A DNA stretch of 64,000 nt from Podarcis pityusensis (Eukaryota): assembly GCA_964106645.2 (NCBI GenBank), contig OZ067050.1; one strand, given 5' to 3'. Of this stretch, positions 1 to 13,900 are shown in pieces (position 1 is the first letter of the stretch; the number at the start of each line of letters is the position of its first letter). The notes beneath the pieces are model-generated. The model was not told where the DNA came from and ran no database searches. It saw only the letters and a program-made list of their open reading frames with translations. Made by a program: the position numbers and the translations under genes.

Positions 1-92
1 AGGTATGCAGATCCATGAGGCCTTCTCTCACGTATATGATATTACATGCTCTTCTTAAATCATCCCCTCATTACAGTTCTCCCCCTTGTTAG

Positions 93-190
93 GGTTTGTG
101 GAAAAGGAGATTAAGAAGGCCAACATTCCCATCACAGACACCGGCGAGAATCCAGAGGTGCCATTCCCCCGAGACATGATTGATTTGGAG
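93..190 (+). CDS. ATP6V0A1: ATP6V0A1 exon 4 (98 nt): [32 protein letters not shown]
   Basis: ttgttAG acceptor at 91-92, GTaaat donor at 191; translation matches a1. Confidence 0.97.
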
Positions 191-3100
191 GTAAATAACA
201 CTGTGTCTTGTAAAATCATAGCACCTTGGGGTTTTGCAAGGCTTATTTCTCTTGATACAGGGCTGTGAAAAGTGAATATTGAGTGGGAAAGTCAGATTGC
301 AGAAGAAATAGCTAGAACTGGATGCTGAATAGAGTTTTACAGAAAAGTCTGGGGGAATACCCTGACATATTTTCCTGGTTTGTTAACCATGGTTCAGCCA
401 GAGTTCCTTAGTCCAGACATTAACAAAGAGCACTGGTTTAATACTAGTCACTGTCTTTGTTCTGTAGGTGGTGCACAATAGGGGATGAGGGAATAAAGTG
501 TTTTGCTCCAGCACTTGTTTATGACTTCATAAGCAATCATCCAAACAGCCTTGATGGGAGCCCAGCTTTTATAGGTCTCTAGTTTTCCAATAAAGGGAAT
601 CATAAATGCATCAGCCAATGACAGTTTAGTTACTGATTTATATAATTTGTTCAAGGGCATCTCTGGCTGTAAAAGGTAAAAATAATAGTTCTTTAATGCA
701 GTAGATTATCTCCATTATAGCATAGAATTTGAATTTGGCTATAGAGAGATTAAAGGAACTGACAGTTTATACATCAGGAAAAGATGCGTCTACTACAGCA
801 TGTTGACAGCTAATAATCAACTCACTTTCTCTTTACTTCTCTTTTTTCTGCAGGCAAACTTTGAGAAGATTGAAAATGAGCTCAAAGAGATTAATACCAA
901 CCAGGAAGCCCTGAAAAGGAACTTCCTGGAGCTGACGGAATTAAAATTTATACTGCGCAAAACTCAGCAGTTTTTTGATGAGGTCAGAATATCGGATGTT
1001 TTTGCTTCTTATGCAGCTGGGCCAGCTCATCACAACCTTCCACTTTTCTTCTTGAGAATGCTTGTTTAAGTTGCAGTTTTGGGCAGCAGTGCCTCCCCTT
1101 GATTTCAAGAAACTTCTACAAGTTGTTTTCCATCATTCATGCAAACATACGAGCTAGCCACCCCATGGCTTACATTATGTGCAATTGCTAAGTGTTCATG
1201 TCTAGGTAAAATATTCCTCTGACACCTGTCGGAATGGTGTATAAACCTTTGATCATGTAGAACCCCCAAAAGATTCCTGGGGGCATGATGGAAAAGGGCT
1301 TGGAAAGCAGACCACCTATCCAGATTCCCAGTTGCTAGGATCAAAGTTTCAGTAATAAGGAAAACTGGATGCTAGGATACTTCCAGCCTCATTTCTGCTA
1401 GCTAGACAAGAAAGAAAAGAATGGATGCACAGTGATCTGTCTCCCTCTTTTGAATAGCACAATGTTAGAGCAGGTCACCAAGAGCTTTCCACAACCTGAG
1501 CTGTGCCTAGGTATCCGGCTGGGAGTCCTTGATGTGTTTCAGACTTGCTGCTCATGCCCTTCAGATTTCTAGGCACCTGGGCAGCCAGTTGGCTTGGATT
1601 TTTCTAGTCCTGTTAGTCATTTAGGAAGGGTAGTAGAGAAGGTGGCAGAAGTTAAAAAATCTGGATCAGCAACTATTTTTGACACATCATTAAAAGAATG
1701 TCACTAGCAAATCCAAACAAATGCTTTTAAAAAGTCTGTGCTTCCAGGTGGTGATATGATGGCACTGAACATGTTTAGATTTACCGTATTTTTTGCTCTA
1801 TAACACGCACCAGACCATAACACGCACGTAGTTTTTAGAGGAGGAAAACAAGAAAAAAAATATTCTAAATGAAACAGTGGATGTATGATTTTTGTGGTTC
1901 ATGCTGTGGCCACAGACATGTGATCTGGCAGTGAGTTTGGAGTAGCTCAATGCAAAAATCCTGAGGATCCATGTGGATCCATGCTTTGTAACCACGTTTT
2001 TGCACCACTGCGGCCCCAGGCAACAGTGGGTGCGTGATTTTTTTTGGTGCAAGATGTAGCCATGGACATGCTATGTGATCTGATGGTGAATTTGGGGTGA
2101 CCCAGTGCAAAAATCCTGAGGATCCATGTGGATCCGTGCTTTGTAACCACGTTTTAAGTGGGGAAGGAAGGAAAAGCACTCAAGGGACAAGGAGCACGCA
2201 TGGGGTGTGTGGAGAAGGATGCTGCTAATAATGCAGGAGAGGTGTTTAAGGGGAGAAGAAGCACGCGTGGGGTGTGTGGAGAAGGATGCTGCTAATAATG
2301 AAGAAGAGGGGTATAAGGGGAGAAGGCTCCTCTCCTCTCCCACTTTGCTCCTTTAAAGCAAGCAGGCTTTCTGTCCCTCCTCCCCACTCAACGGCTCTTC
2401 TCCCGCTTTGCTGTTTCAAAGCGAGCCACGGAGGAGGGAAGGAAGGGGAACCATGGATCCTCTGCTCACGACTGCAGCAGATCCCCCCCCCCGCCACCCA
2501 TAGGCTTTCACTCCATAACACGCACAGACATTTCCCCTTACTTTCTAGGAGGAAAAAAGTGAGTGTTATGGTGCAAAAAATACGGTATGTTCCCAAGATG
2601 GTAGAGTTATTGACTCAATTAAGAGGCTTTTTGCAACAGATCATGATATGTCATGTTCAACTTGGATAGTTGGAGCCCTGGTAGAGGCCTGAAACCTGTG
2701 GTCCAGTAGTGCTACCCTCCCTCTAATTCAACACTCAGAGAAAAATGGATTTGTTAGGTAAACAAAATGGGATCTTGCTTTCCTTCTTTGAAAAACAACG
2801 ACAAGTTTTTTGCTGCCTCTGCTCTTGCTTTGTGGGTGATAATGTGGGTGCTTGGGGAATATGATCAATAATGGGTCTAAGCTCCTTGTCTTCAAATGTT
2901 GAAAAACAGTTTGTAAGCTGTGGTCGCTTGGGGTGGTGCCTCCTGGACACATACACACACATGAGTTGTGCTTTGGGTTTTGCAGCTGCCATCTAAGTGT
3001 GGAATTTGGTATTGGATGTGACATTCAGCATCCTGAGAATCTTGGCTTGTGTATATTTTAAACTGAGTGCCTGTTAAGGGTGCCAAGGTAGGATTGAAAG

Positions 3101-4951
3101 CAGTGTCCGGTGAAATCTCAGAATGTTGAGAGTAAATTGCACAGGATAAGCAAATATATAAGCAAAAATTTGCTTTTTTCTCAGGAGCATCGATGGCCAT
3201 AACCTAGCTTAATTACAAATGTGGCCCCTGGTAAAAATTAATTGCTGACCATGGTGATAGGGCCTTTCTAACGTTTCTGATATGATCCTTTGCTATTAAC
3301 CATCTACCTAGCACTAAGGCAGGGGGCTGCATGGACAGCTTGTTCCATATGAGGTGCAGTGCTCAAATGGTCCTCAAGAAATACTTGAAGCAGCTGGAGC
3401 ACTTAGAAATGTGACAGCTAGGATTAAGTGGATATGTGCTCAACTTCCGCCTTTGAAATAAAAATGAAGTTCCTGACCCTTCACAGTTGTGGAAAAACAC
3501 TTGAACATGTAGTGTTTGGGGAAGCATCCAATCTTTGCGCAACAAGTGCTGGTTAATTTTACTTTGGCTCGGCAACCTGCATCTATGTGTGTAAATGCTG
3601 AGCTTTGTGTTGTTGTATGGCCAACTTAAGTATCATGCCTGCTGAAGAGCAACCTTATGTTGGACTGCACAACACCAGCTACCTAACATTGAGTTTAGGT
3701 CAGTTACGTGATGATTTTGATTTTTGCCATTTACCACAGCTGAACTTTTGTTTGCAGTACATTATCCAGCAAATGTTTTTTCCAAATTTTCCTACATGGG
3801 CATTGCTGGAGTTGCAGTTCTTCCAAGTGCTTACTTGCACTAAATACGAAGCGTAAATGAGAACATTTACAGCAGGATCACATGATGGTGTGCTTCTTCA
3901 TATAAAAGAACAATCCCTTCTAAGCAGCACGCCTATTTTCTACATACAGGATATTTTGTGTGGTGGAACATCCCATCTCTGGAACTCCACCTGTGGTCTG
4001 AAGTGGTACATTCCAGACACAGGTTTGGCCACGTCTTCTGCTGCTTAAGAGAGCTAGGCCTTCACTGCTTTCCAGCTTCAAAATCTAAACAGAGTATAAT
4101 GAATAGTAGTGCTTGCTGAATGGTGCAGTTGCCTCTACAAAGTCTCTTTTTAATGTTTTTAGGATTGGGGACCCATATGAGCAACTGTTTAGACTAAGCA
4201 GGCCACGGTGAATAGTATGTACTGTGTAACTTTCCACTGAAATGTAGTTTCCTCAGAGTCATGAGTTGCTTCATGTTTGTTCTTTGAAAGAGCTTCACAT
4301 AAATAGATGATGGTCCTGTCAGTGATTCAAATTTAGGGAGCGGTTTTTAAGGTGGCACAACAGAGCTGTTGCTCAATCATCTTTTTTCCCCTAAACCACT
4401 GAGAAGCTTGCTGCTGCAGTTCAACATTTGAAGACTTTGTAAAACTTTGGGGGAGTTTGTGAAATATTCATAACTTGACAGCAAGAAATGGTTTGCAAGG
4501 CAAGTCTTTGATCTGTGGACCCTGAATTCAGTTGTGGGAGCTGCAGGAGGGAAGATGGGGCCCGACAATTAACGAATGGGACCACAATGCCAGCGAAGCC
4601 ATTTCTTGCCTATGAAAAAGGACACAATGGTTTTGATTCTGCTAAAATGGTGATTCTTTTCTCGGTCTTCATATTTTTGCTTTGTGAAGAACAGTAAGAA
4701 CTGGATAAATATCTCTGGATCTATTAACCATAAGTGCCCCAGAGTAGACTGGAAGAAGACTGGAAAAGTAATGGTTAATGGCATGCAGTTTCCATCTCTT
4801 TCCTCTGGATTCTTTCTTTTCTGTCATCATCTTCAGTCCTTAGTTCTCATTCTCCATCTGTCATCTGTTCCTCCTTTTGGTGGTCCCTGCTGCAGTTGTT
4901 GCGGACTGTGAAAACTGTATCTGTGTTTACTCTTGTCATTCGCTCAAGGGC

Positions 4952-4999
<48 letters not shown>

Positions 5000-7900
5000 T
5001 GTTTTGTATATCCATTGCAGGAAGACCTTGAGCTGCACACCATGGACAACAGCTAAAGTATTTATAGAGTGCCTCTCATATTAAAGAAAATTCTAAGGTG
5101 GTGTAAAAGTAATATGCAAGTACAATAAAACATAAAATGCCATAAAAAGATTCTCTTGTAGGAAAGCTTTCTGATTGTGCCTTTCTTCAAGTTGTGGGAT
5201 GGTTGCCGCTTGTTGGTATAAGAGATGCTGATACATTTCAATCCTCTTTAGCAGGAACTATCACTGGGCCTGAGCTTGGCCCTCCCAAAAAGCAAACGAA
5301 AGCTAAGACATTGTCATTGAGTTGATGGCAGAAGTGGCACAAGGTTTGAAGCAAGTCTCTACCTCCCTGCCCCTTGCTGACTTCCATTTTCCCTCCTTCG
5401 CACAGGGAGGCTCCCTGTAACATAATTTGAGGACTTGTACAATAGAAATAAACATTTTTGTACTTTCAAATGCAGTTCAAGATCTTTCGCTTTAAAAAAC
5501 CCCCAGCCATTTGTGTTCTCCATGTACGTATGTTGGAGGAGCTGTGTTTTATAGAGTATGCTGGCATTTTATTTCCTGCTTTCTTTGTTGCATTCCTTGA
5601 ACAGTCAGGCAGGGGACTTCAGCATGGTGGTAGGCACAACGAGGGGAGATTTAGGAGGGAGCAAAGAGGCCTTGAAAGCAAATTATCTTTTGTGAAACGG
5701 TATCATGAATAGGAGAGATGAAAATGGAAGAATTAAGGCTGGTTCGCATGATACTTCTTTCTGCCAGGATATCATGTGAATCCTACCTATGCATTTCTTA
5801 CATGGGACTTACCTACACATCTGTTTTGCTACATGTAAAATGAAATAGATAGGGGAAGATATCACCCTAGTCTCTCACTCTAGACTCTTAATGGGCAGAG
5901 CCAAGGTGGATAGTACTTCCTCAGGCTGCCCACAGCTGTGACCCATTCAGCTGTCCTCTCCACAACCCAGTTCCAGGTGCATCAAGTTTGTTGAGTTTCC
6001 CAGGAGGTCCAGAGGATGGGGAACAGGGGGCCCCTCCACTCACTGCTCTTTCTTCACTCTCTGTCCTCTCCTCCTTGAAGTATTGTAACTGTGGATTGGA
6101 TGGGGAACCTGTGGCCCTTCAGATGCTGTTGGACTCTCATCAGCCCAAGTCAGCATGGTCAATGGGCATGGATGATGAGAGTTGTCATCCAGTATCATCG
6201 GGAGAGGTCACAAGTTCAACATCCCTGCTATAGATCAGAGAAGGAATTGGAAGACCAGGGGAGCATATTTCAGCACGCTCCCACCTTATTACCCTGTTGC
6301 CGAAAGCTTGTGCTTTTTACAATTTCAGGGATATTCTAGGAGCCCCTTTGTATTCTGAATAGCAAATCAGTCTGCCTGTGCTGCTGGACTGTGGTCTGTT
6401 CTCATGGCCAGTTGCTTGGTCTGATATGTGTGTCTTCGGATTCTCATGCCCCTCATTTGCAGGAGCCCCTTGCATGCATGTTGAAAGGTGATGTCTTATT
6501 TTAAAGCTACATCTGCTTCTTTTCTCCGAGTGTTTTCTTTACCGTATGGGCTGTGTCAAGGTGGAAATGATTTTGACTGCTTTGTCATGTTAATGCTGCC
6601 TCTGAGGGCGTAGCATCAACATCCTTCCTGAGCTATATCATGAGCGCTTGCGCAAGTTAAGTTTCCATTAAGTCTTAGCCAGCAAGTTACAGGGGGAAGT
6701 GATTAAGTCGTGAATTCCGGCTAAAAAGATGAAGAGCTAAAAAGATGTTTTAGAGGAAACAATTCATAAAAGAAATTAAATAATAAACAAATGTCTACAA
6801 ATGTTCTAAGTCATGCATGCTTTGTTTGAAATAAAGCATGCTGGGGGAAAAGGGTGTCAAAAGTCCCTTTTGTGGGGTTCACCCAAGGTGCAGAAGAAGC
6901 AAGCTATTTGCATTTGGCGGATATAAAATTATCTTGTTCCTCTTCAGATCTTTCTGCAAGGTCAATCTGGTCAAATAAATTGGGGCTGTGTATGTTCTGT
7001 ACAAGCACAGAACTTGGTATAAGACAAGATTATGCTGTAACTTCAGAACCGGGCTTCTTTAACATATTGAAATAAAAAGAAATAATAAAAGCCCTTTTCT
7101 AGCCATAATGGCAGAGTATTCTTGGAAGTGTGTGGGCGAACCCTGCTGAAATCTCGGAAGCCAGTGAGGGTTGCTAATGAGATTTCTATTATTTGTCGCT
7201 GGGTCCTTCATGTTCTTCGCCACGTACAGCTAGCAAAAGCAGAATAAATTGGACAGAGCAATCACATTTCATAATAAATCATTCATAATAGAATATTATG
7301 ATGATTTGCCTAGGTTCTGATTCAGCTTGCAGAATTCTGGTTCAAATTTTTAGGGCCTGGTGTTGGGTATAAGCACCCTAAAATCCACATATTTCTTAAA
7401 GCAATCTTAAATCTTTTTTATTACTTTAAACTTTTGTATGTTTTAAAGTAGGGTTTAAATTTTTCTTGACTTTACTGTTTCATCTTTCGCAAACCACTTT
7501 GAGGTTTCTTTTTCCAATCAAGCAGTGTATACATTTTAGAAAGTAAGTAAGTAAGTAAGTAAGTAAGTCAAGCAAAGGTTTAGACCCCTCTGGTCGTGAA
7601 ACTAGGCAGGAAAAATACATAGGAAATACCTGCTGAAATCACAGAAAATGGAATAGAGGCTGGGAGGCTTCCCAGGACTGAGCTTCAGTGCCCTACATAA
7701 CTCCTGCTATTCCCTGTTAGTAACAGAAGCAGAATAAATTACAAGTAGGTAGGCACTTTAGTTTGCTTAATCATAACCAATGACACCTAACTTTGTTTAG
7801 TGTAGAATATGGTTTAATTTATGGCAGAATTTTGATATTTTGTTATCTTCTCCCTAAGGTTCACAGTATACATAGCCCTGTGTATATAGCAGTGTTTCCC

Positions 7901-10900
7901 AAACTTGAGTCTCCAGTTGGACTACAACTCCCATCATCCACGACCACTGGTCCTGCTAGCTAGGGTGATGGGAACTGTAGTCCAACAAGAGCTGGAAACC
8001 CAAGTTTGAGGAAGCTGGTATATATTATCCAGTTCTTGGCCAGACAATCTCTTGCCTTTCTTCCAACTTCTATGTACATGTTTGCTTCTCTCTATTGAGC
8101 CTGGAGCATCTTTGCTGAGGCTGATAGCATACACTAGAGTACAGAGCAGCTGCATAGTGGTTGCATGGTGGCATTTAAAGGGGGGGGGACTCCTTTTTCA
8201 AAAGTCTGTAGAGGCTTGAATGAGGGATTGCCCGTTTCCCACCATATTTCTTTGGAGCTTAACTTGCAGTTTTTATGTCCAGCTTGGAAGGTCTGTGTTT
8301 CGCAAGCATCATGTCGCTCTCCCTCTGTTGGCTTTGTGGAGATGCCTTGCTCACCTTTTCTTCACATCCTCCTAGAGCCTTCTCTTCTTTCATTTTTTCC
8401 TCCTTTGGTATTTCTTTGCTTCTCTCCATCCATCTCCTGGTTCCTCATCCCCCTGCATGCCACTAACTAGTTTCATTAGATGTTAATTGATTTGTGAATT
8501 CAGGCTGAATTGCATCATCAGCAGATGGCGGATCCCGACCTGTTGGAGGAGTCTTCGTCTCTGCTGGAGCCGAGTGAACTGGGAAGAGGAACCCCGCTAC
8601 GATTAGGGTACGTGCAACTTTCACTTTTCAGCAGCGTCGGTTGTGTTCTATAGGATCTCTTCTGCACGTCAGGCATGATTGGTTAAGGCCGTAGGACTTG
8701 GGTTTGCATTCTTCCGTACTATTCTTGATTCCTTGGAGGAGAGCAAGCTATTTCTTGGTGTTAATATTATTTAGCTGAATCTGAATTAAGTTGCTCAGTA
8801 CTAGATCTGATTGAACAGGATGCATCTCGTGCCAGATTGTTGACAGAAAAGCAGTTAACTGACAGCAGTTCCACTTTTGTGTTTTTGGAAATGTAAAGAA
8901 CTGAATAAATATTGGCCCCAGGCTGTGCAGATAATATAGAATTTCTGTAGCTTATCAGTTTTCACTCTTCACTCTATCTCCTTGTAGTGCTGCTTTGATA
9001 TTTAGATAGCCTTGACAGCTGCTATGGATGCCTTTTATGTGCACCAACAATTGATAAGCAGAGTTCTAGATTTACACAGTAGTGGATTTTGTTCAGATTC
9101 TGAAAGGCTGACATGGAAATATTTTCAGTTAAAGATCTACTGAATTTGTCCTTATATTAGCATACAAAATTCAGGCAAAATGACAATCCTGTGTGTTTTT
9201 CTGTCTGCATGAATTTTGTTCAGCTTCCATTCTCATGTTTGATTTCATGTAGTATTGTCCTTGATATTCACTTGCTTTATTTTCTGTGGTGCAGCTTAGT
9301 TTTTTTTTATATAATTGCTGAAGAACGAATTGTGTTATATGGACCATTTTAACAAATAGTGTCCTGCAGCAAATTTCCAGCCCCTTGAGAATGTAGCTTC
9401 TTTAGGTCTTATTTCTATAACATTTGCTAATTTTTGCCTCAGCTCAGATGTTAATGCCAATCACGCTTTGAACTAACTATCTAGAACCCATAATGGTTTG
9501 AGGTTCCGAACATACAGCAGGTATACTATGTGGTGTGTAGAGTGCTTGGCTGCTTTTGTTTTTCCTTTGTCTCAACACTCAGTGCCATAAGATTATGCCT
9601 CTCTCCTTGGTGTAGCAGTCTTTGGGAGTAGACTGTAACCTATAGCTGGTCAATTCAGACACCACACCGCAAACCATGATTCGCAAATCCACCTCAAAGC
9701 ACTGTTCCCCATCCTGCTTTGCTGGTTAATTGTGAAACAAGGGTTACCAGTTTATATGTCATGCCAAACCATAGTTCTGCTTCCTTAGCCACAGTGTGTC
9801 AAGCCTTTCTATAGGCACAGCACAAAAGAGCTAAAGTGGCTTCATCATCATCATCATCATCATGCTCCCAACAGAATATTAAAAATAGAATCAAGCATTA
9901 AAAAATTCCCTAAACAGGGCTGCCTTCAGATGTTTTCTAAAAGTCAGGTAGTTTTTAATGCTGGAAGAAACAGAGTTTGAATCCTACCACCTTCTTTTTT
10001 TTACTAAAATTGCATAGACAGTGGCTTGTTTCCATTTCACATTCACCAAACCGTTCATGTTGGGTCCCTCTCTTGCTTTCTGTTGCCTTTACAATATCTG
10101 TCTGTGTTTCTTCCAGGCCCTGCAGTGAACAGAACATTGTTGAATGCGTACTAATTTCTTTTATTTTTGTGTGACTTCCATTGTGTTCAGATTTGTGGCT
10201 GGTGTGATCAATCGTGAGCGGATCCCTACCTTTGAGCGGATGCTGTGGAGGGTGTGTCGTGGAAATGTCTTCTTGCGTCAGGCTGAAATTGAAAATCCGC
10301 TGGAGGACCCTGTGACGGTATAAGGACTGCTTTTGCAGCTGTGGGCTGTCGAGATGAAAGCTTGCAGCCTAACTTCTTACAGTGTGTTCTTCTTAACAAA
10401 AGCTTGACTTCTGTTGTGGATCAGGGAGAAGTCATATTTTAATTGGATCTGAAATATAACTGCCTGCTTGCTTTGAAGCCATTTGATAATGCCCTCATTA
10501 TGTGGAGGTGTAAGATTGTGAAATTTTAAAAGTGGTCTTTTCTTTTGACAGCTTAACAATTCACTTATAGAAGTTACCTTTTATCTCAGTACCCTCAAAT
10601 ACATCCTCAAAAGAGTTTTAAGTCAATATCCTTAAAAAGATATTCTCAGTAGAAGTTTTGGCTATGTATGGTTTTAGTCTACTAAAGAAGAACATTAAGC
10701 TAGATGAATGAGCTCAAAAACCAAATGCTCTCTAAATATTGGATAGACTTGATTTAAGTACATGTTTGCATATTCTAATGTAGGTGTGCTGTAATAATTA
10801 AATTTGTCACATGTTTTAAAATGTAATCAAAACGGATCCTGAAACGCACCGTTAAATGACACACATGGACCTGTTTTTGTTAACTTAAACAACTAACGGT

Positions 10901-10963
10901 ATCAACAGGGTTAGTAGTGAGGACAAATAATGGTACCCAGCCAGATGGGCAGGGTAGAAATAA

Positions 10964-10995
<32 letters not shown>

Positions 10996-13900
10996 GAGAT
11001 AGTAAGTAGTATGGAGCTTGAATAATGCCAGCTACTCTAGAGTTTGGGCTCAGGGGTTACCCTAAATCTTGGTAAATGCTTCCAGGCAGGCTTGACTCTT
11101 GGGTGTCTTGTTTGAGAAACCAAACACCAGTTACAATGAAGGTGAAATTAGGATTTGTGAAAAGTTCAGATGGGTGTGTGAGAGGCAGAAAAGAGGTCTC
11201 TCATCCCCCTACAACACAGTTTGAAGCCCCTAGTCAATGTTTATTTTGTTCCCACCACCTGTCTACTAATGTCCAAGATAAGCAGATCTTTTTATTTTTC
11301 CTTCATTTGCATGTCTGTATATGCTGCAGAAACCAGCTGTTTGTGGGGTGGGATATATATTTTTAAAGCACAGTCCCAGTTTAGGATTCAGAATGTCTTT
11401 GTCTTAGAGAAGGCAGTCGGAATCACAGCAATCAGAGGAAAGTGTAACGGACAACAAGGTTGCACCCACCCAATGCCCCTATTCTCATCAAGGCTGCACA
11501 AAGTTTCCTAATGGAGGTAGCCCGGTGTCTTGTTCTTGAACAAATGCAGGAAGGGGGGGAAGTCGCTATCTGAGCCCAGCCAGCTGCCTGAAGAATGCAC
11601 TTCTGGCCTCCCCGGAGAGTTCAAGAGTTTGGACTCTAAAGTCCACCGCATACATCAGTTCCTTTCCATTCACTCCTTTTCCTTCTGCTTGTTTACTGCA
11701 GATCACGTCCTTGTTCAGCTGCTAGGCTTATCTGCCTGGGTTCTCTGGTTACATTGCAATTCCTCTTTATACCGGCCAAACTTAATTAGATAGGGTTATT
11801 AATCTCTGCTTCTCCTCCCCTGCCCCCCTCAATTATTCTGCAAAAGCACAATGAGTTTAGTTTCAGTAGCCTCTCCCTGGAACACGTATGAGAGCCTTGC
11901 AGGGTCTGAGGTGGAACTGGATACATTTTGAAAGGCTCCCTAATGCTACAGATGTTGGCAGGCCTCTGGGTGTGTGCGTGTGTAGTTGAGACCCAGGAAA
12001 TGGCTCCATATTAGTGTTAAAGGTTTTGAAGGCCTAACCCCAGAAGCTTATTCCGCTGTTTTTTGAAGGCTTCTCTCTGCATTGGTTTCCCCCCCCCTCT
12101 CTTCTAGGGGGACTATGTGCACAAGTCGGTGTTCATTATTTTCTTCCAAGGTGACCAGCTGAAAAACCGAGTCAAGAAGATCTGTGAAGGGTAAGCAAGT
12201 TGGAAATATGGGAGGGTCTTGGAGTTCAAGCAGCTCATTCCAAATTCATGTAGAGCTGGCTTTCAAGTGGTGAGCACTCCATCATATTAGCTGTGTTGTC
12301 ACTTTGTCACTGAGCAGACTGTGTGCCTTTCAGATTCCGGGCGTCTCTCTACCCCTGTCCAGAAACACCACAGGAAAGGAAGGAAATGGCTGCTGGAGTC
12401 AACACCAGGATTGATGACCTTCAGATGGTATGAATGATGTGGGGGTGGGGAACGATCAGGTTTTTCCCCTTGGTGCTCCTCCTGAGCTCTGAATTGTTAT
12501 CTTTTGTGGTTTGCTATCCTCAGGGAAGTTTATCTTCAATTGTATACTCTAATAGGGGTGTGTGGTGTTCATTGATCTAAGCGGACAGATAATTTGGCTG
12601 TGAAAGCTAACTGCCAGGTGTCCCTAGAATCAGGTGTGGCTTTAAGCACCCTCCTGTTGCGCCTGTTTTCCAGTGTCTTTTTAGGCTGCAGCTGCTGTCA
12701 ATGCACATTTCTTTACTGGACAAGAGGGGTAAACTGTCCCTCCTGTCAGCAAGCTTCTGTGCTGCACTTGTGAAGTTCAGATGCTCAAGTAGCATCGCAG
12801 GAATTATATGCGAGCGTTGGGCATCAAGCAAAACAAAGAACACACACCATTCCTTCTTCCCAGTAACGGTCCAGTTAAGCAACCATTCCCTACTTTTGAC
12901 ATGTTGGCTCTGGTCCAAAAAAAACCCCTAAGGCTATAACTATTTCCTTAATGAAGTGTTTTTAGGCCATATCTCAGGGTAGATACCCTCACAAGGCTGC
13001 TTACAATGGTAAACAATAATAAAAATAGGTAAAATAAAAACATCTATTTAAGGAGCTCCAGGTATACATGATTCAAAATAATTTCAATTTCAGCACTGTA
13101 ATACCACCAACAGGAAAAAAGCAAGGTGATATAGATGGTTTTTAAAAATCCTGCATAAAAACGTTAATACCGATCTTAGTGAGTAAAGAATGCATAAAGG
13201 TGGGGTCACTGAAAATGCTATTGTGTGCCTGCCCAACCTACTTGATCTCAATACACAGGCAAGATCATATGGCTGAAGAAGGTCCTTTCGGTAACCTGGT
13301 CCCAATACTTTTCCAGTGTTCCTTGTGACACCTGACTAAGCTTCCCTGAATGAGACATCCTTTACTAAGTCATTTCAATCTGCTTCCCTGGCTGGGTATG
13401 CAACTTTGGTAGCCTTTGTAGACTATCTTCTCCTGGGAATTGGCAGGGCAAATTTCTACTTGCTGATTCTCTTAGACCTTGGAGGTTTTTGGCACTGTAA
13501 GGCACCACATCTCATTACTTGATTTGGAGCTTCTAGCGGGCGTTCAATGCCAGCCTTGAGTTGCTTTTGGTTTCTCTGGATGATTTCAGAAAGTAACCTT
13601 TGAAGAATGCCAAGCCATCTGCTTACTGGCTATTTTGCATTCAGGGGTTGCATTTGTCTCTAGCCATTAACTCTACTGGCTAGCTTCTTGGCCCAATTCA
13701 GGGAGTTAACTTAACCTGAGATACCCTGGTCTTGCAGAGCCCCTCTTCTGCCTCAACATATTTTTCTTTAGCAAAGGCCCTACTGAAGATCCTTTCCGTG
13801 AAAAAAAAAAAAAAAGGTAGAATTTGTCACAGTACATTGGGCTCAGCCATTGCCCTGAGGCAGTGGGCTGCATTTCTTGTGGAGGTAACAAATGCAGCTC

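Noticed and set aside
1-8. AG|GTATGC resembling the donor of the preceding exon
   Set aside because: Only 2 nt of putative exon are visible, and splicing here would give Gly (G+GG) where Arg is expected; cannot be supported.
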